From positions 1-64,000 of IMG/VR virus record IMGVR_UViG_3300034031_000009: DNA of 64,000 nucleotides; one strand, given 5' to 3'. How positions within the stretch are numbered: the stretch's first letter is position 1; each line of letters starts with the position of its first letter. Below the pieces are notes generated by a model. It was not told the DNA's origin. It saw nothing but the letters and a program-made list of their open reading frames with translations, and searched no databases. Made by a program: the position numbers and the translations under genes. Shown piece by piece: positions 40,282-48,621 of this stretch. The stretch is from a virus.

Positions 40282-42020
40282 TGGGTGACAGCTTCGACGA
40301 ACTGCTGGGCGGCACCCCTTCCGCTGCACCGGTAGAGTCCCCTGCCTCGGTGCTGGTCCCCGCTGGGGCAGGGGGCGAACGTGCCATGGGTGCATTCGAG
40401 GGCGCTGACCGACTGAACAGTTCGATCGCGCTGTGGGGCAGCCCGCTGCAGTCGGTCGATCTCGACATCCTCCCCGAGAAGAACGTCATCGACGGCCGTG
40501 CGCGTGACATGCTGCGCAACGACGCCTTCGTGCAGGGCGGCGCGTCGCTCCACAAGGACAACATCGTCGGCTCACACTATCTGCTGAACTGCCGCCCGGC
40601 GACCCGGGTGCTGTTCGGCAAGGAAGACGACCTCTGGGAGGAAGAGTTCCAGGAGGAAGTCGAGGCGAAGTGGGAACTCTACGCCGACTCTCCGGACAAC
40701 TGGATCGACGCGGCGCGGACGAACAACTTCACGTCGCTGGTCCGCATGGCGGTCGGCATTCACCTGATGGCCGGCGAAGTGCTTGCCGCCGCCGAGTGGG
40801 TGACGGACGACGGGTCGCCATACAGCACGGCGATCCAGATGATCGACCTCGATCGCCTCACCGATCCGCAGGACGCTGACAAGTGGAACTGGGTCAACTC
40901 GCCGAACCAGCGGGCCGGCGTCCGCTACAACAGTCGCGGCGCCCCGGTTTCCTATTTCATCCGCAGCACGCATCCGAACGACTATGGTCCCGTCAGCTTC
41001 CAACTGGCCGATCAGAAGTGGAAGGAAGTCGACCGCGTCAAGCCATGGGGCCGCTTGCAGGTCGTCCACCTGTTCGAGCAGCTTCGTCCCGAGCAGACGC
41101 GCGGCGTCACGGAAATGGCCGCCGCCCTGAAGGCGATGAAGATCACGCACACATGGCGCGACATCACCGTCCAGCACGCGGTCAGCCAGGCGCTCTACGC
41201 GGCAGCGATCACGTCCGAGTTGCCGATGGCCGACATCATGCAGCGCATGGGCACCGGGGACTCCGCCGAGGGCGCGCAAGCCGCAATCACCGCCTATGCG
41301 GAAGGCTATCTCGGCTCGGTCGCCCAGTATGTCGGCGAGAAGCGCGGCCTCGCGATCGACGGTGTCCGGATTCCGCGCCTCTATCCGGGTGAGAAGCTGG
41401 ACCTGAAGTCGCCGAGCAACGGCGGGCCGCTGGGTTCCAACTTCGAGCAGTCGCTGCTGCGCTACATCGCGGCGTCCATGGGCGTCAGCTACGAACAGCT
41501 CAGCCGCGACTACACGAACACCAACTATTCCTCCGCGCGCGCCGCCCTGGCCGAGACGTGGAAGTTCATGTCGGCTCGCAAGAAGCTGATCGCAGATCGG
41601 TTCGCCACGATCATGTTCCGCCTGTGGCTGGAAGAGGCCATCAACGCGGGCAAGATTGAAACCGCGAAGCGCATCCGGATTTACGACTCGCCGCGCGGCG
41701 GCCGGGCCTATGGGCGCCTGAACGATAACTTCGACGCGCTGTCGCGCTGCGAGTGGGTCGGTGCATCGCGCGGCCAGATCGACGAGTTGAAGGAGACGCA
41801 GGCTGCGGTGCTGCGGATCTCCAACGGCCTCTCGACCGCCGAAGACGAACTCGCCCGCCTCGGCAAGGATTGGCGCAAGGTCTACCGGCAGCTCAAGCGC
41901 GAGCAGGTGCTGCGCGAGGCACTGGGCCTGACCTTCATGGCGACCGATCCCGCCACCATGGCCGCGATGAACGCACTCTCCGGCAACACCCCTGATGACG
42001 GAGGGAAGCCCCGTGAGTAA
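40281..42020 (+). CDS. Portal protein, lambda family (579 aa)
   Basis: FEGADRLN...RARDMLRNDAFVQGGASLHKDNIVG matches the lambda gpB-type N-terminal region. TGATG overlap with the gpW-like gene. Confidence 0.85.
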   Translation: MGDSFDELLGGTPSAAPVESPASVLVPAGAGGERAMGAFEGADRLNSSIALWGSPLQSVDLDILPEKNVIDGRARDMLRNDAFVQGGASLHKDNIVGSHYLLNCRPATRVLFGKEDDLWEEEFQEEVEAKWELYADSPDNWIDAARTNNFTSLVRMAVGIHLMAGEVLAAAEWVTDDGSPYSTAIQMIDLDRLTDPQDADKWNWVNSPNQRAGVRYNSRGAPVSYFIRSTHPNDYGPVSFQLADQKWKEVDRVKPWGRLQVVHLFEQLRPEQTRGVTEMAAALKAMKITHTWRDITVQHAVSQALYAAAITSELPMADIMQRMGTGDSAEGAQAAITAYAEGYLGSVAQYVGEKRGLAIDGVRIPRLYPGEKLDLKSPSNGGPLGSNFEQSLLRYIAASMGVSYEQLSRDYTNTNYSSARAALAETWKFMSARKKLIADRFATIMFRLWLEEAINAGKIETAKRIRIYDSPRGGRAYGRLNDNFDALSRCEWVGASRGQIDELKETQAAVLRISNGLSTAEDELARLGKDWRKVYRQLKREQVLREALGLTFMATDPATMAAMNALSGNTPDDGGKPRE

Positions 42021-43335
42021 TCCGCTGATCGCCCGGTTTGCCGGCGAACCCGTGCTCGTGGCCGAGACTGCTGCCGAGCGTGTTCAGGTCAATCTGGACT
42101 CCGCACAGACGTTCCTTCGCGAGAACGCCGAGCAGTTCGCCGCCGTCGAGGCTGCCGAGGACTTCTGGGGCGTCGATGGCGACCGCTGGCTGGCGCGGCT
42201 GCGCCCATACACCGTGGTCGACGGGGTTCTCCAGATCCCGGTCAAGGGTGTCCTGCTGAACAACTTCCCGTATCAACTCTACGACTGGGCTACCGGGTAC
42301 GAGTATATCTGGGAAGCCTTCAAGCGCGGTTGCGGCGACTACGCGACCGGTGCGATCCGTGGCATCGCGTTCGTCAGTGACTCGCCGGGCGGCATGGTCG
42401 CCGGCTGCTTCGATGCGCTCGACAAGATGATCGCGGCCAAGGAGAAGGTCGGCGTGCCCGTGGCAGCGTTCGCGCACGAGTCCGCTTACTCGGCAGCCTA
42501 TGCGACGATCATGGTCGCTGATCCCGGCCAGATTTACGTCAGCCGTACCGGCGGCGTCGGGTCGATCGGCGTCGTGACCAGCCACACCGACATGAGCGGT
42601 GCGCTGGAGCAGCGCGGCCTCAAGATCACGTTCATTGCCAGTGACCCGTCAAAGGTCGAGGGCAACGCGGCCGAACCGCTATCGGCCGACGCGAAGGCGC
42701 GCATCCAGGCGCGCATCGACGAACTTTACAGCATCTTCGTGTCCGCAGTGGCACGGGGTCGTGGATTGGAGGAGTCCGTCATCAGGGAAGACCTGAAGGC
42801 GTACTGCTACACCGCCACGCAATCAGTGTCCAACGGGCTGGCCGATCAGATCGGCAGCCTGGAAGACGCCACGTCCGCATTCGCGGGCTTCCTGGACGAC
42901 CAGTCCGACAACAGTGGAGACGACGAAATGACCACCCAGGTCGAGACGGTCGAAAAGGCCGTCCACGAAAAGGCTGTAGGCGACGCCGCAGCCGCAGCCG
43001 CCACGGCGATGCAGGCACGCATCGGCGCGATCCTCGGCAGCGAAGAAGCCAAGGGCCGCGAAGACCTCGCCCAGCACTTTGCGTTCTCGACCGACATGCC
43101 GGCGGAAGCCGCTGTTGCCGCGCTCGCCAAGGCACCGAAGGCTGCTGCCCCGGAGCCGAAGAAGGAAGAGGCTGCTGCCCCGACCTTCGAGGCGGCGATG
43201 TCGCAGAACAACCCGGAAGTCGGCGCCGAAGCCGGCAAGCAGCCGGAAGCCGACAAGGACGGGCCGGACGGCGTCGCCGCTCTCGCTGCGTCGATGGGCC
43301 TGAAGGGCTTCGCCAAGCCCGCAGCCGCCAAGTAA
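42013..43335 (+). CDS. Head maturation protease, S49/ClpP-like (gpC-like) with a scaffold-like Ala/Glu/Lys-rich C-terminus
   Basis: FVSDSPGGMVAGCFD motif. GTG start with GGAGGGAAG SD (ORF-track start 41995). Confidence 0.8.
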   Translation: MSNPLIARFAGEPVLVAETAAERVQVNLDSAQTFLRENAEQFAAVEAAEDFWGVDGDRWLARLRPYTVVDGVLQIPVKGVLLNNFPYQLYDWATGYEYIWEAFKRGCGDYATGAIRGIAFVSDSPGGMVAGCFDALDKMIAAKEKVGVPVAAFAHESAYSAAYATIMVADPGQIYVSRTGGVGSIGVVTSHTDMSGALEQRGLKITFIASDPSKVEGNAAEPLSADAKARIQARIDELYSIFVSAVARGRGLEESVIREDLKAYCYTATQSVSNGLADQIGSLEDATSAFAGFLDDQSDNSGDDEMTTQVETVEKAVHEKAVGDAAAAAATAMQARIGAILGSEEAKGREDLAQHFAFSTDMPAEAAVAALAKAPKAAAPEPKKEEAAAPTFEAAMSQNNPEVGAEAGKQPEADKDGPDGVAALAASMGLKGFAKPAAAK

Positions 43336-43347
43336 GGAGACACGGAC

Positions 43348-43800
43348 ATGGCAACCAGCAACATCAACACGTCCTACAAGAACGCCGGGGTGCGCGGCAC
43401 GCCCGACTTTCAGGTGATGGACACCTATCTCGACTCGAACCTGGTGGCGGGCGCGGAGCCTGCAATCCAGTCGCCGCGTCGCATCCTGCTCGGTGACTCG
43501 CTCGATCTCGCGCAGTTCACTGTGGTCGGCTTCACTGGCGGCAAGCTGGTCAAGGCGGTCTCCGGCAGCGTAACGGCGATCGGCGTGCTCGCGTATGCGG
43601 CGACTTCGGGTGCCGCAAACTCGACCATCTACGGCGAGGTCTTCCTGACCGGCAACTACAACGCCGGCTCCGATGACGGGGGCACCGATAGCCCGCTCGT
43701 CTGGGATGCTTCGTTCGACACGCTGGCGAAGAAGGAAGCGGCTGTTGTCAACAACCCGCTGCTCGTCTTCCGCAGCCGCCTGAAGCGCGACGCTTCGTAA
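43348..43800 (+). CDS. Head decoration protein (gpD-like), 150 aa
   Basis: Position between the protease and the gpE-type capsid gene; size; GGAGA SD. Confidence 0.6.
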   Translation: MATSNINTSYKNAGVRGTPDFQVMDTYLDSNLVAGAEPAIQSPRRILLGDSLDLAQFTVVGFTGGKLVKAVSGSVTAIGVLAYAATSGAANSTIYGEVFLTGNYNAGSDDGGTDSPLVWDASFDTLAKKEAAVVNNPLLVFRSRLKRDAS

Positions 43801-43827
43801 GCCCTCCGGTAGAAGGAACACAACACA

Positions 43828-44937
43828 ATGACCACCTATTCTCCGGCGGGCAATACGCCGTATGCACCGTGGACGACCCACCAGTTGCTCGGCGTCTTCC
43901 GCGACATGCAGCCCGAAACCTGGTACTTCGGCCAGTTCTTCACGGGCGGCCAGATGCGGTCGACCGACGAGTGGATCGACTTCGAGAAGCTGCCGATCCG
44001 CAGCCGCAAGCTCGCGCCCTTCGTCAAGCCGATGGGCCGTGGCAAGGGTTCGTTCACCGACAAGGTGACGGGCTACCGCTTCAAGCCGGCGAACATCGTC
44101 GCCGAGGATGCGGTCGATCCGTTCCGTCCGCTGTCGTTCGCGCCCGGTATCGACGCCTCCGCGCTGCACATGAACGTCAACGCGATCTCGCCGATGCAGC
44201 GTCTGAACCTGATCAAGGCTCAGATGGTCCAGCAGTACCAGGAAGAGGTGATGCGGACCTGGGAGTGGATGAAGGCCCGCGCCATCATCGACGGCAAGGT
44301 GACGTGCAGCTACCTTGACGGTTCCTCGGTTCTGGTCGACTTCCAGCGTGATGCCGATCACACCGAAACCCTGACCGGTGGCAATCGCTGGGGTGACTCG
44401 GGCGTGTCGATCCTCGACCACGTCAAGGCGATCATGGACACCATGTTCGACGCCGAGTTCGGTGGCCTGATGTCGCGCATCACGATGGGCGGCGGCGCTG
44501 CTTCGGTCATTCGTGAGGATTCCGAGATCCTTGACCACATGGACATGACGCTGCGCGGCGGACTCCACACGGTCGATCGCGGCATCGCCCAGTCGGACAA
44601 GGTCTACAAGTTCGGCGAGCTGTTCGTGGGTGGCAACTCCGGCCACAAGATCGAACTGTGGGTCAACAACGAGACCTATCAGGCTGCGGACGGCACGCTG
44701 ACCCGCTATCTCGGCTCCAACGAGATCGTCGCCACCGCGAATCCTGCCGCGATCAACGGCTGGGAATGCTTCGGCATGATCGTCGACAAGGACGCCGGCT
44801 ACCAGGCGCTTCCGCTGTTCCCGAAGAACTTCGAGACCGGCGAGCGCACCAAGGTCGAGAACATCTCGGTCGAGTCGGCGCCGCTGTTCGTGCCGATCAA
44901 CCCGAACTCGACCTACAAGGCGACCGTCCTCGCCTAA
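43828..44937 (+). CDS. Major capsid protein, lambda gpE family (369 aa)
   Basis: N-terminal FGQFF...DEWIDFEKLPIRSRKLAPFVKPMGRGK is the characteristic gpE-family signature. Confidence 0.85.
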   Translation: MTTYSPAGNTPYAPWTTHQLLGVFRDMQPETWYFGQFFTGGQMRSTDEWIDFEKLPIRSRKLAPFVKPMGRGKGSFTDKVTGYRFKPANIVAEDAVDPFRPLSFAPGIDASALHMNVNAISPMQRLNLIKAQMVQQYQEEVMRTWEWMKARAIIDGKVTCSYLDGSSVLVDFQRDADHTETLTGGNRWGDSGVSILDHVKAIMDTMFDAEFGGLMSRITMGGGAASVIREDSEILDHMDMTLRGGLHTVDRGIAQSDKVYKFGELFVGGNSGHKIELWVNNETYQAADGTLTRYLGSNEIVATANPAAINGWECFGMIVDKDAGYQALPLFPKNFETGERTKVENISVESAPLFVPINPNSTYKATVLA

Positions 44938-44950
44938 GTCGTGACCAGGA

Positions 44951-44977
44951 ACGGCGGGCTGCCATGCCCGCCGTTTC
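44951..44977 (+). terminator. Stem-loop / attenuator after the major capsid gene
   Basis: ACGGCGGGC-tgccat-GCCCGCCGT followed by TTC. Confidence 0.5.
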
Positions 44978-44992
44978 AACATAGGAGTGATT

Positions 44993-45289
44993 ATGGCAAC
45001 CGAACGTGGGAATCGCGGCCGTCAGCAGGCCGCCCCGAAGAAGGAACCCTTCATCCGTGAACCACGGCCCGAGGTTTCCGTCGAAGATGGCGTGGCGCAG
45101 GTCTGTGCGCTGAACAAGGTCACTTACGGTGCAGGTCAAACTGCGCCGGCTCGCTCGATCTTCACGCCAGTTTCGGAGGCAGAACGCAATGAACTCCTCG
45201 CCTGTGGTGCCGTTCGCGAACTCACCGAGGATGAAGCGAAGATCTTTGCCGTGGCTCCGGCCGCCGACCCCTCCGACGTGATCGCCTGA
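44993..45289 (+). CDS. Hypothetical head/connector-region protein (98 aa)
   Basis: AGGAG SD before the second ATG; called by position only. Confidence 0.55.
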   Translation: MATERGNRGRQQAAPKKEPFIREPRPEVSVEDGVAQVCALNKVTYGAGQTAPARSIFTPVSEAERNELLACGAVRELTEDEAKIFAVAPAADPSDVIA

Positions 45290-45295
45290 TCCGTC

Positions 45296-45673
45296 ATGGC
45301 AGGCATCCGCGACATCAAGCGTGACGCCCGCCTGCGTCTGCACCGCAACAACGCGGTGCCGGCGTTCTATATTCCGTCGACGGGGGCCACACCGGTCCCC
45401 GTCACGGTTCGTGTCTGGGGTAAGGGCAACCCGATCTCCCTCGGTGATCTTCCCGGTTTTCAAGGTTCCGCCGAGCGCGTCGAGCCGGAAGACCGTATCC
45501 GTTTCATGCTCTCCGAACTCCCGACTTTCCGGCGCCAGAACGCCGTCGTCTCGGTCGAGGCCGGTGAAGCCTATCGCATCGACCATTGGTATCCGGTGGA
45601 CGACCAGTTCATCACTGCCCGCGTGATCCGGCTGACTGATGCCGAGATGACCGGGCTGCCGGTGCCGGCATGA
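45296..45673 (+). CDS. Head-tail adaptor/joining protein candidate (125 aa)
   Basis: ORF track; called by position between the capsid and tail-completion genes. Confidence 0.55.
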   Translation: MAGIRDIKRDARLRLHRNNAVPAFYIPSTGATPVPVTVRVWGKGNPISLGDLPGFQGSAERVEPEDRIRFMLSELPTFRRQNAVVSVEAGEAYRIDHWYPVDDQFITARVIRLTDAEMTGLPVPA

Positions 45674-45780
45674 TCCAGTTTATCCGTTGCATGTTCGGCA
45701 AGCACATCTGGGTGGCCGGAGCCGGTCACTGGCGCCGCTGGTGCGTGGTGTGCGGCCATGGGGATGGGCGGTCCAAATGA
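45670..45780 (+). CDS. Micro-ORF (36 aa), Cys/His-containing, ATGA-coupled at both ends
   Basis: MIQFIRCMFGKHIWVAGAGHWRRWCVVCGHGDGRSK. The start overlaps the stop of 45296..45673. The stop overlaps the ATG at 45777. Confidence 0.4.
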   Translation: MIQFIRCMFGKHIWVAGAGHWRRWCVVCGHGDGRSK

Positions 45781-46394
45781 AGTTCGGCAACGACCTCTAT
45801 GTGGTCGCTCTGGACGGGCTGGCGGATACCCGGCCACTGGAAGCGATCCCCGAGCGGATCAAGAAGAACGCCGTGCGCGCGGTGAACTACGCCGCTGGTC
45901 GCGCCCGCACCCGTTCGGCCAAGGAAATGCGCGAGCAGGTCAACTTCCCCGCACGGTATCTGTCCGGCAACGACGGTCGGCTGACGCTCAGCACGGCCAA
46001 GGGATTCGGCGACCAGGCGGAGATCACCGGCCGGTTCCGGCCAACCAGTCTCGCCCGGTTCGCGACGCGGGGGACTCCTGGGGTTCCGGGCGTCTCCTTC
46101 ATGGTGAAGCCCGGCTTCGCGACGCGCTCCAACCGGATGTTCCTGATCCGGCTCCGCGCCGGCACGGCTGACCTCGATACCAAGTCGAACCTCGGCGTGG
46201 CGATCCGGCTGCGCGAGGGTGAGACGATCCGCAACAAGAAGGTGTCGTTGCAACGCATGGGCAAGACGGGGCTGTATCTACTCTATGGACCTAGCGTGTC
46301 GCACGTTTTCAGGTCCGTCGCCGGGGAACAGGTGCCCGAGGTCGAACAGGATCTGGCGCGCGAGTTCGAGCGGTTGATGGAGGCGGGCGTATGA
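45777..46394 (+). CDS. Tail completion protein candidate (gpZ / HK97 gp10-like position), 205 aa
   Basis: Start at MKFGNDLY (internal Met of ORF 45687..46394); called by position. Confidence 0.55.
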   Translation: MKFGNDLYVVALDGLADTRPLEAIPERIKKNAVRAVNYAAGRARTRSAKEMREQVNFPARYLSGNDGRLTLSTAKGFGDQAEITGRFRPTSLARFATRGTPGVPGVSFMVKPGFATRSNRMFLIRLRAGTADLDTKSNLGVAIRLREGETIRNKKVSLQRMGKTGLYLLYGPSVSHVFRSVAGEQVPEVEQDLAREFERLMEAGV

Positions 46395-46486
46395 GGTGCG
46401 CGGTGTGTTTTCTAGCTGGCATCGGTGTTAGCGCAGCCACTCTGGCGACCGTCGTCGCTGTCACTGTTCGCAGGATAACACGATGA
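46391..46486 (+). CDS. Micro-ORF (31 aa), hydrophobic, ATGA-coupled at both ends
   Basis: MRCAVCFLAGIGVSAATLATVVAVTVRRITR. Fills the gap between two tail genes exactly. Confidence 0.4.
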   Translation: MRCAVCFLAGIGVSAATLATVVAVTVRRITR

Positions 46487-47046
46487 CCTTCGACCACCCC
46501 TTCAAGCTGCGCGTCCTCCGCGCGCTCACCGACACGCTGAAAGAGATCACGCCCGCGAATGGCTACGTCTCCGACATGGCCGACTTCGATCCCGGCGACG
46601 GGGTTGATACGGCGCGCGTCTTCCGTGGTCGCGCGTGGTTCGGCGAAAGCGATTCACTGCCGATGCTGAGCATTCTGGAAGGCGTCGATCCTGCTGACGA
46701 GGTGGCCGAGCCACCGGTTGACACTCCCGTCTCGGAGTATGACCTGCAGCTTCTGATCCAAGGCTTCGTCACGGACGATCCGCAGAATCCCACTGACCCG
46801 GCTTATGTCCTTCTCGCCGACGTGCGGAAGCGTCTTGCGGCCGAGGTGAAGCGCAAGATGGTTGGTGATCCAACCGAGCGCGACATCTTCGGACTCAAGG
46901 CTGCCGGGTCCAGCCGCAACGAAATCACCGGGCTTCGGTTCGGGACCGGGGTGGTACGCCCCGCTGACGATGTCTCATCGAACGCCTGGTTCTGGCTATC
47001 GGTGACGATCCGCGTGGTTGACCACGCGGCGCTGCCCTATGCTTGA
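46483..47046 (+). CDS. Tail terminator/completion protein candidate (187 aa)
   Basis: ORF track; lies immediately upstream of the major tail gene. Confidence 0.55.
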   Translation: MTFDHPFKLRVLRALTDTLKEITPANGYVSDMADFDPGDGVDTARVFRGRAWFGESDSLPMLSILEGVDPADEVAEPPVDTPVSEYDLQLLIQGFVTDDPQNPTDPAYVLLADVRKRLAAEVKRKMVGDPTERDIFGLKAAGSSRNEITGLRFGTGVVRPADDVSSNAWFWLSVTIRVVDHAALPYA

Positions 47047-47094
47047 GGGCATTTTCACGTTATATGAGTATCAACACTAGCGGAGTGAAAACGA

Positions 47095-47865
47095 ATGGGC
47101 AATCAAACGCTGGGCCGTGGCAAGGTCTACTTCAGTCAGATCGGTGGCACGGACGGCTTTACGCCGCTCGGCTGGCGCTACCTGGGCAACACGCCTGAGT
47201 TTAACCTGACCATCGACAACGAAACGCTCGATCACTTTTCCTCGGACGAAGGTATTCGTCAGAAGGACAAGTCGATCGTCTTGGAGACGACCGCCACGGG
47301 TTCTTTGACCTGCGATGACATTTCGCTGGAAAACCTCGCGCTGTTCTTCTTCGGCACGTCGGACACCATCGTCCAGACTTCGGCAACCGGTCAGACTTAC
47401 ACCATCGTTGATGTCGTTCCGGGCATGATGTATCAGGTTGGCCGCACGTCGCTGCTGCCGACCGGCGTCCGTTCGCTGAGCAACATCGTCGTCAAGGTCG
47501 GCGCGACCGTGAAGGCGATCAACACCGACTACACGGTTGACGCCGAACTTGGCCTGGTGACCATCGTCAAGGGCGGCACCATCGTCGCCAATGACGACGT
47601 GATTGTCGAGTTCGACCGTGCCGCCAAGAGCCGCACACAGGTCATCTCCGGCGACAGCCAGGTGGAAGGCGCCATCCTCTACGTCTCGGCCAATCCCGAG
47701 GGCGACAAGATGGACTACTATTTGCCGCTGGTGAAGCTCGGCCCGAACGGCGACTTCGCGCTGAAGTCGGACGAATGGCAGACGCTCAGCCTCAACGTAG
47801 AAATCCTCAAGGCCACCGGCTTCGAGCGCATCTATGTTGATGGGCGGCCGTTCACCGCGTCGTAA
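47095..47865 (+). CDS. Major tail (tube) protein candidate (256 aa)
   Basis: Lies before the G/GT chaperone pair. GRGKVYF...LGNTPEFNL beta-rich sequence. Confidence 0.65.
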   Translation: MGNQTLGRGKVYFSQIGGTDGFTPLGWRYLGNTPEFNLTIDNETLDHFSSDEGIRQKDKSIVLETTATGSLTCDDISLENLALFFFGTSDTIVQTSATGQTYTIVDVVPGMMYQVGRTSLLPTGVRSLSNIVVKVGATVKAINTDYTVDAELGLVTIVKGGTIVANDDVIVEFDRAAKSRTQVISGDSQVEGAILYVSANPEGDKMDYYLPLVKLGPNGDFALKSDEWQTLSLNVEILKATGFERIYVDGRPFTAS

Positions 47866-47877
47866 GGAGAGGAAGCG

Positions 47878-48375
47878 ATGGGACTACGCAACCTCACCTT
47901 CGCTGAAACCAAGGTGGAGATCCCGGGCGGTGACTCGTTCACTGTTCGGGGTCTCTCCCCTGACATGGTGGTCAGCCTCTATCAGCGGCACGCCGGGCAG
48001 CTTTCGATGCTGTTCGACCGGGTCATGGCGAACGCCAAGGGCGAGACGGAAGCCGTGGGCGACGTTCAGGTGCTCGCGGGCATGCTGATCGGCCAGGCAC
48101 CCGAGATCATGGCCGAACTGGTCGCGCTCGCCAGCGGCAGCGATGCCAACTCGAACTACGTCGATCCGGATGTCACGGTGAACCCGCTCGGATTGACCGA
48201 TTGGCACGCCGACGTGGCCGCTGCCCGCCGACTGCCGCTGCCCGTTCAGGTGGATGCACTCGTCAAGGTCGCTGAGATGACCTTCTCGTCGAGTATGCCG
48301 CCGGGAAAGTTCCTAGCCGTGATCGTCCAAATGGCGGGGGCAACCACGGCCGCGCTGAGTCCGCCGAAAAACTGA
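47878..48375 (+). CDS. Tail assembly chaperone (gpG-like), 165 aa
   Basis: Lies between the tail tube and tape-measure genes. Contains the slippery site near its 3' end. Confidence 0.75.
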   Translation: MGLRNLTFAETKVEIPGGDSFTVRGLSPDMVVSLYQRHAGQLSMLFDRVMANAKGETEAVGDVQVLAGMLIGQAPEIMAELVALASGSDANSNYVDPDVTVNPLGLTDWHADVAAARRLPLPVQVDALVKVAEMTFSSSMPPGKFLAVIVQMAGATTAALSPPKN

Positions 48376-48614
48376 CGCTGGAGAAGTGGGTGTGGGAGAT
48401 GCGGCGGAAGACCAGCCTGCTTCTCTCCCACGGCCACCTCGACGCCGGCTGCTACCCGCTTGGCTTCTTGGGTGACGAAGTTGCTCTCGTGATCGAACGG
48501 CAGAACGCTCTCATGGCTACCGAGGGTGTTGTGATGCAGGCGGCAGCAGCGTCGGTCATGTCGAAGGAGGGGGGCAAGCATTTCACCAAGCTGCTGAAGC
48601 AGATGACGGAGTAA
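47878..48614 (+). CDS. Tail assembly chaperone -1 frameshift product (gpGT-like), join(47878..48309,48309..48614)
   Basis: The -1 frame is open from the slippery heptamer through ORF 48390..48614, which is 81 nt (27 codons) downstream in the same frame. Confidence 0.7.
48303..48309 (+). promoter_or_regulatory. Programmed -1 ribosomal frameshift heptamer G GGA AAG
   Basis: Zero-frame codons ccG GGA AAG; same heptamer as the lambda G/GT site. Confidence 0.7.
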
Positions 48615-48621
48615 CGACAGC

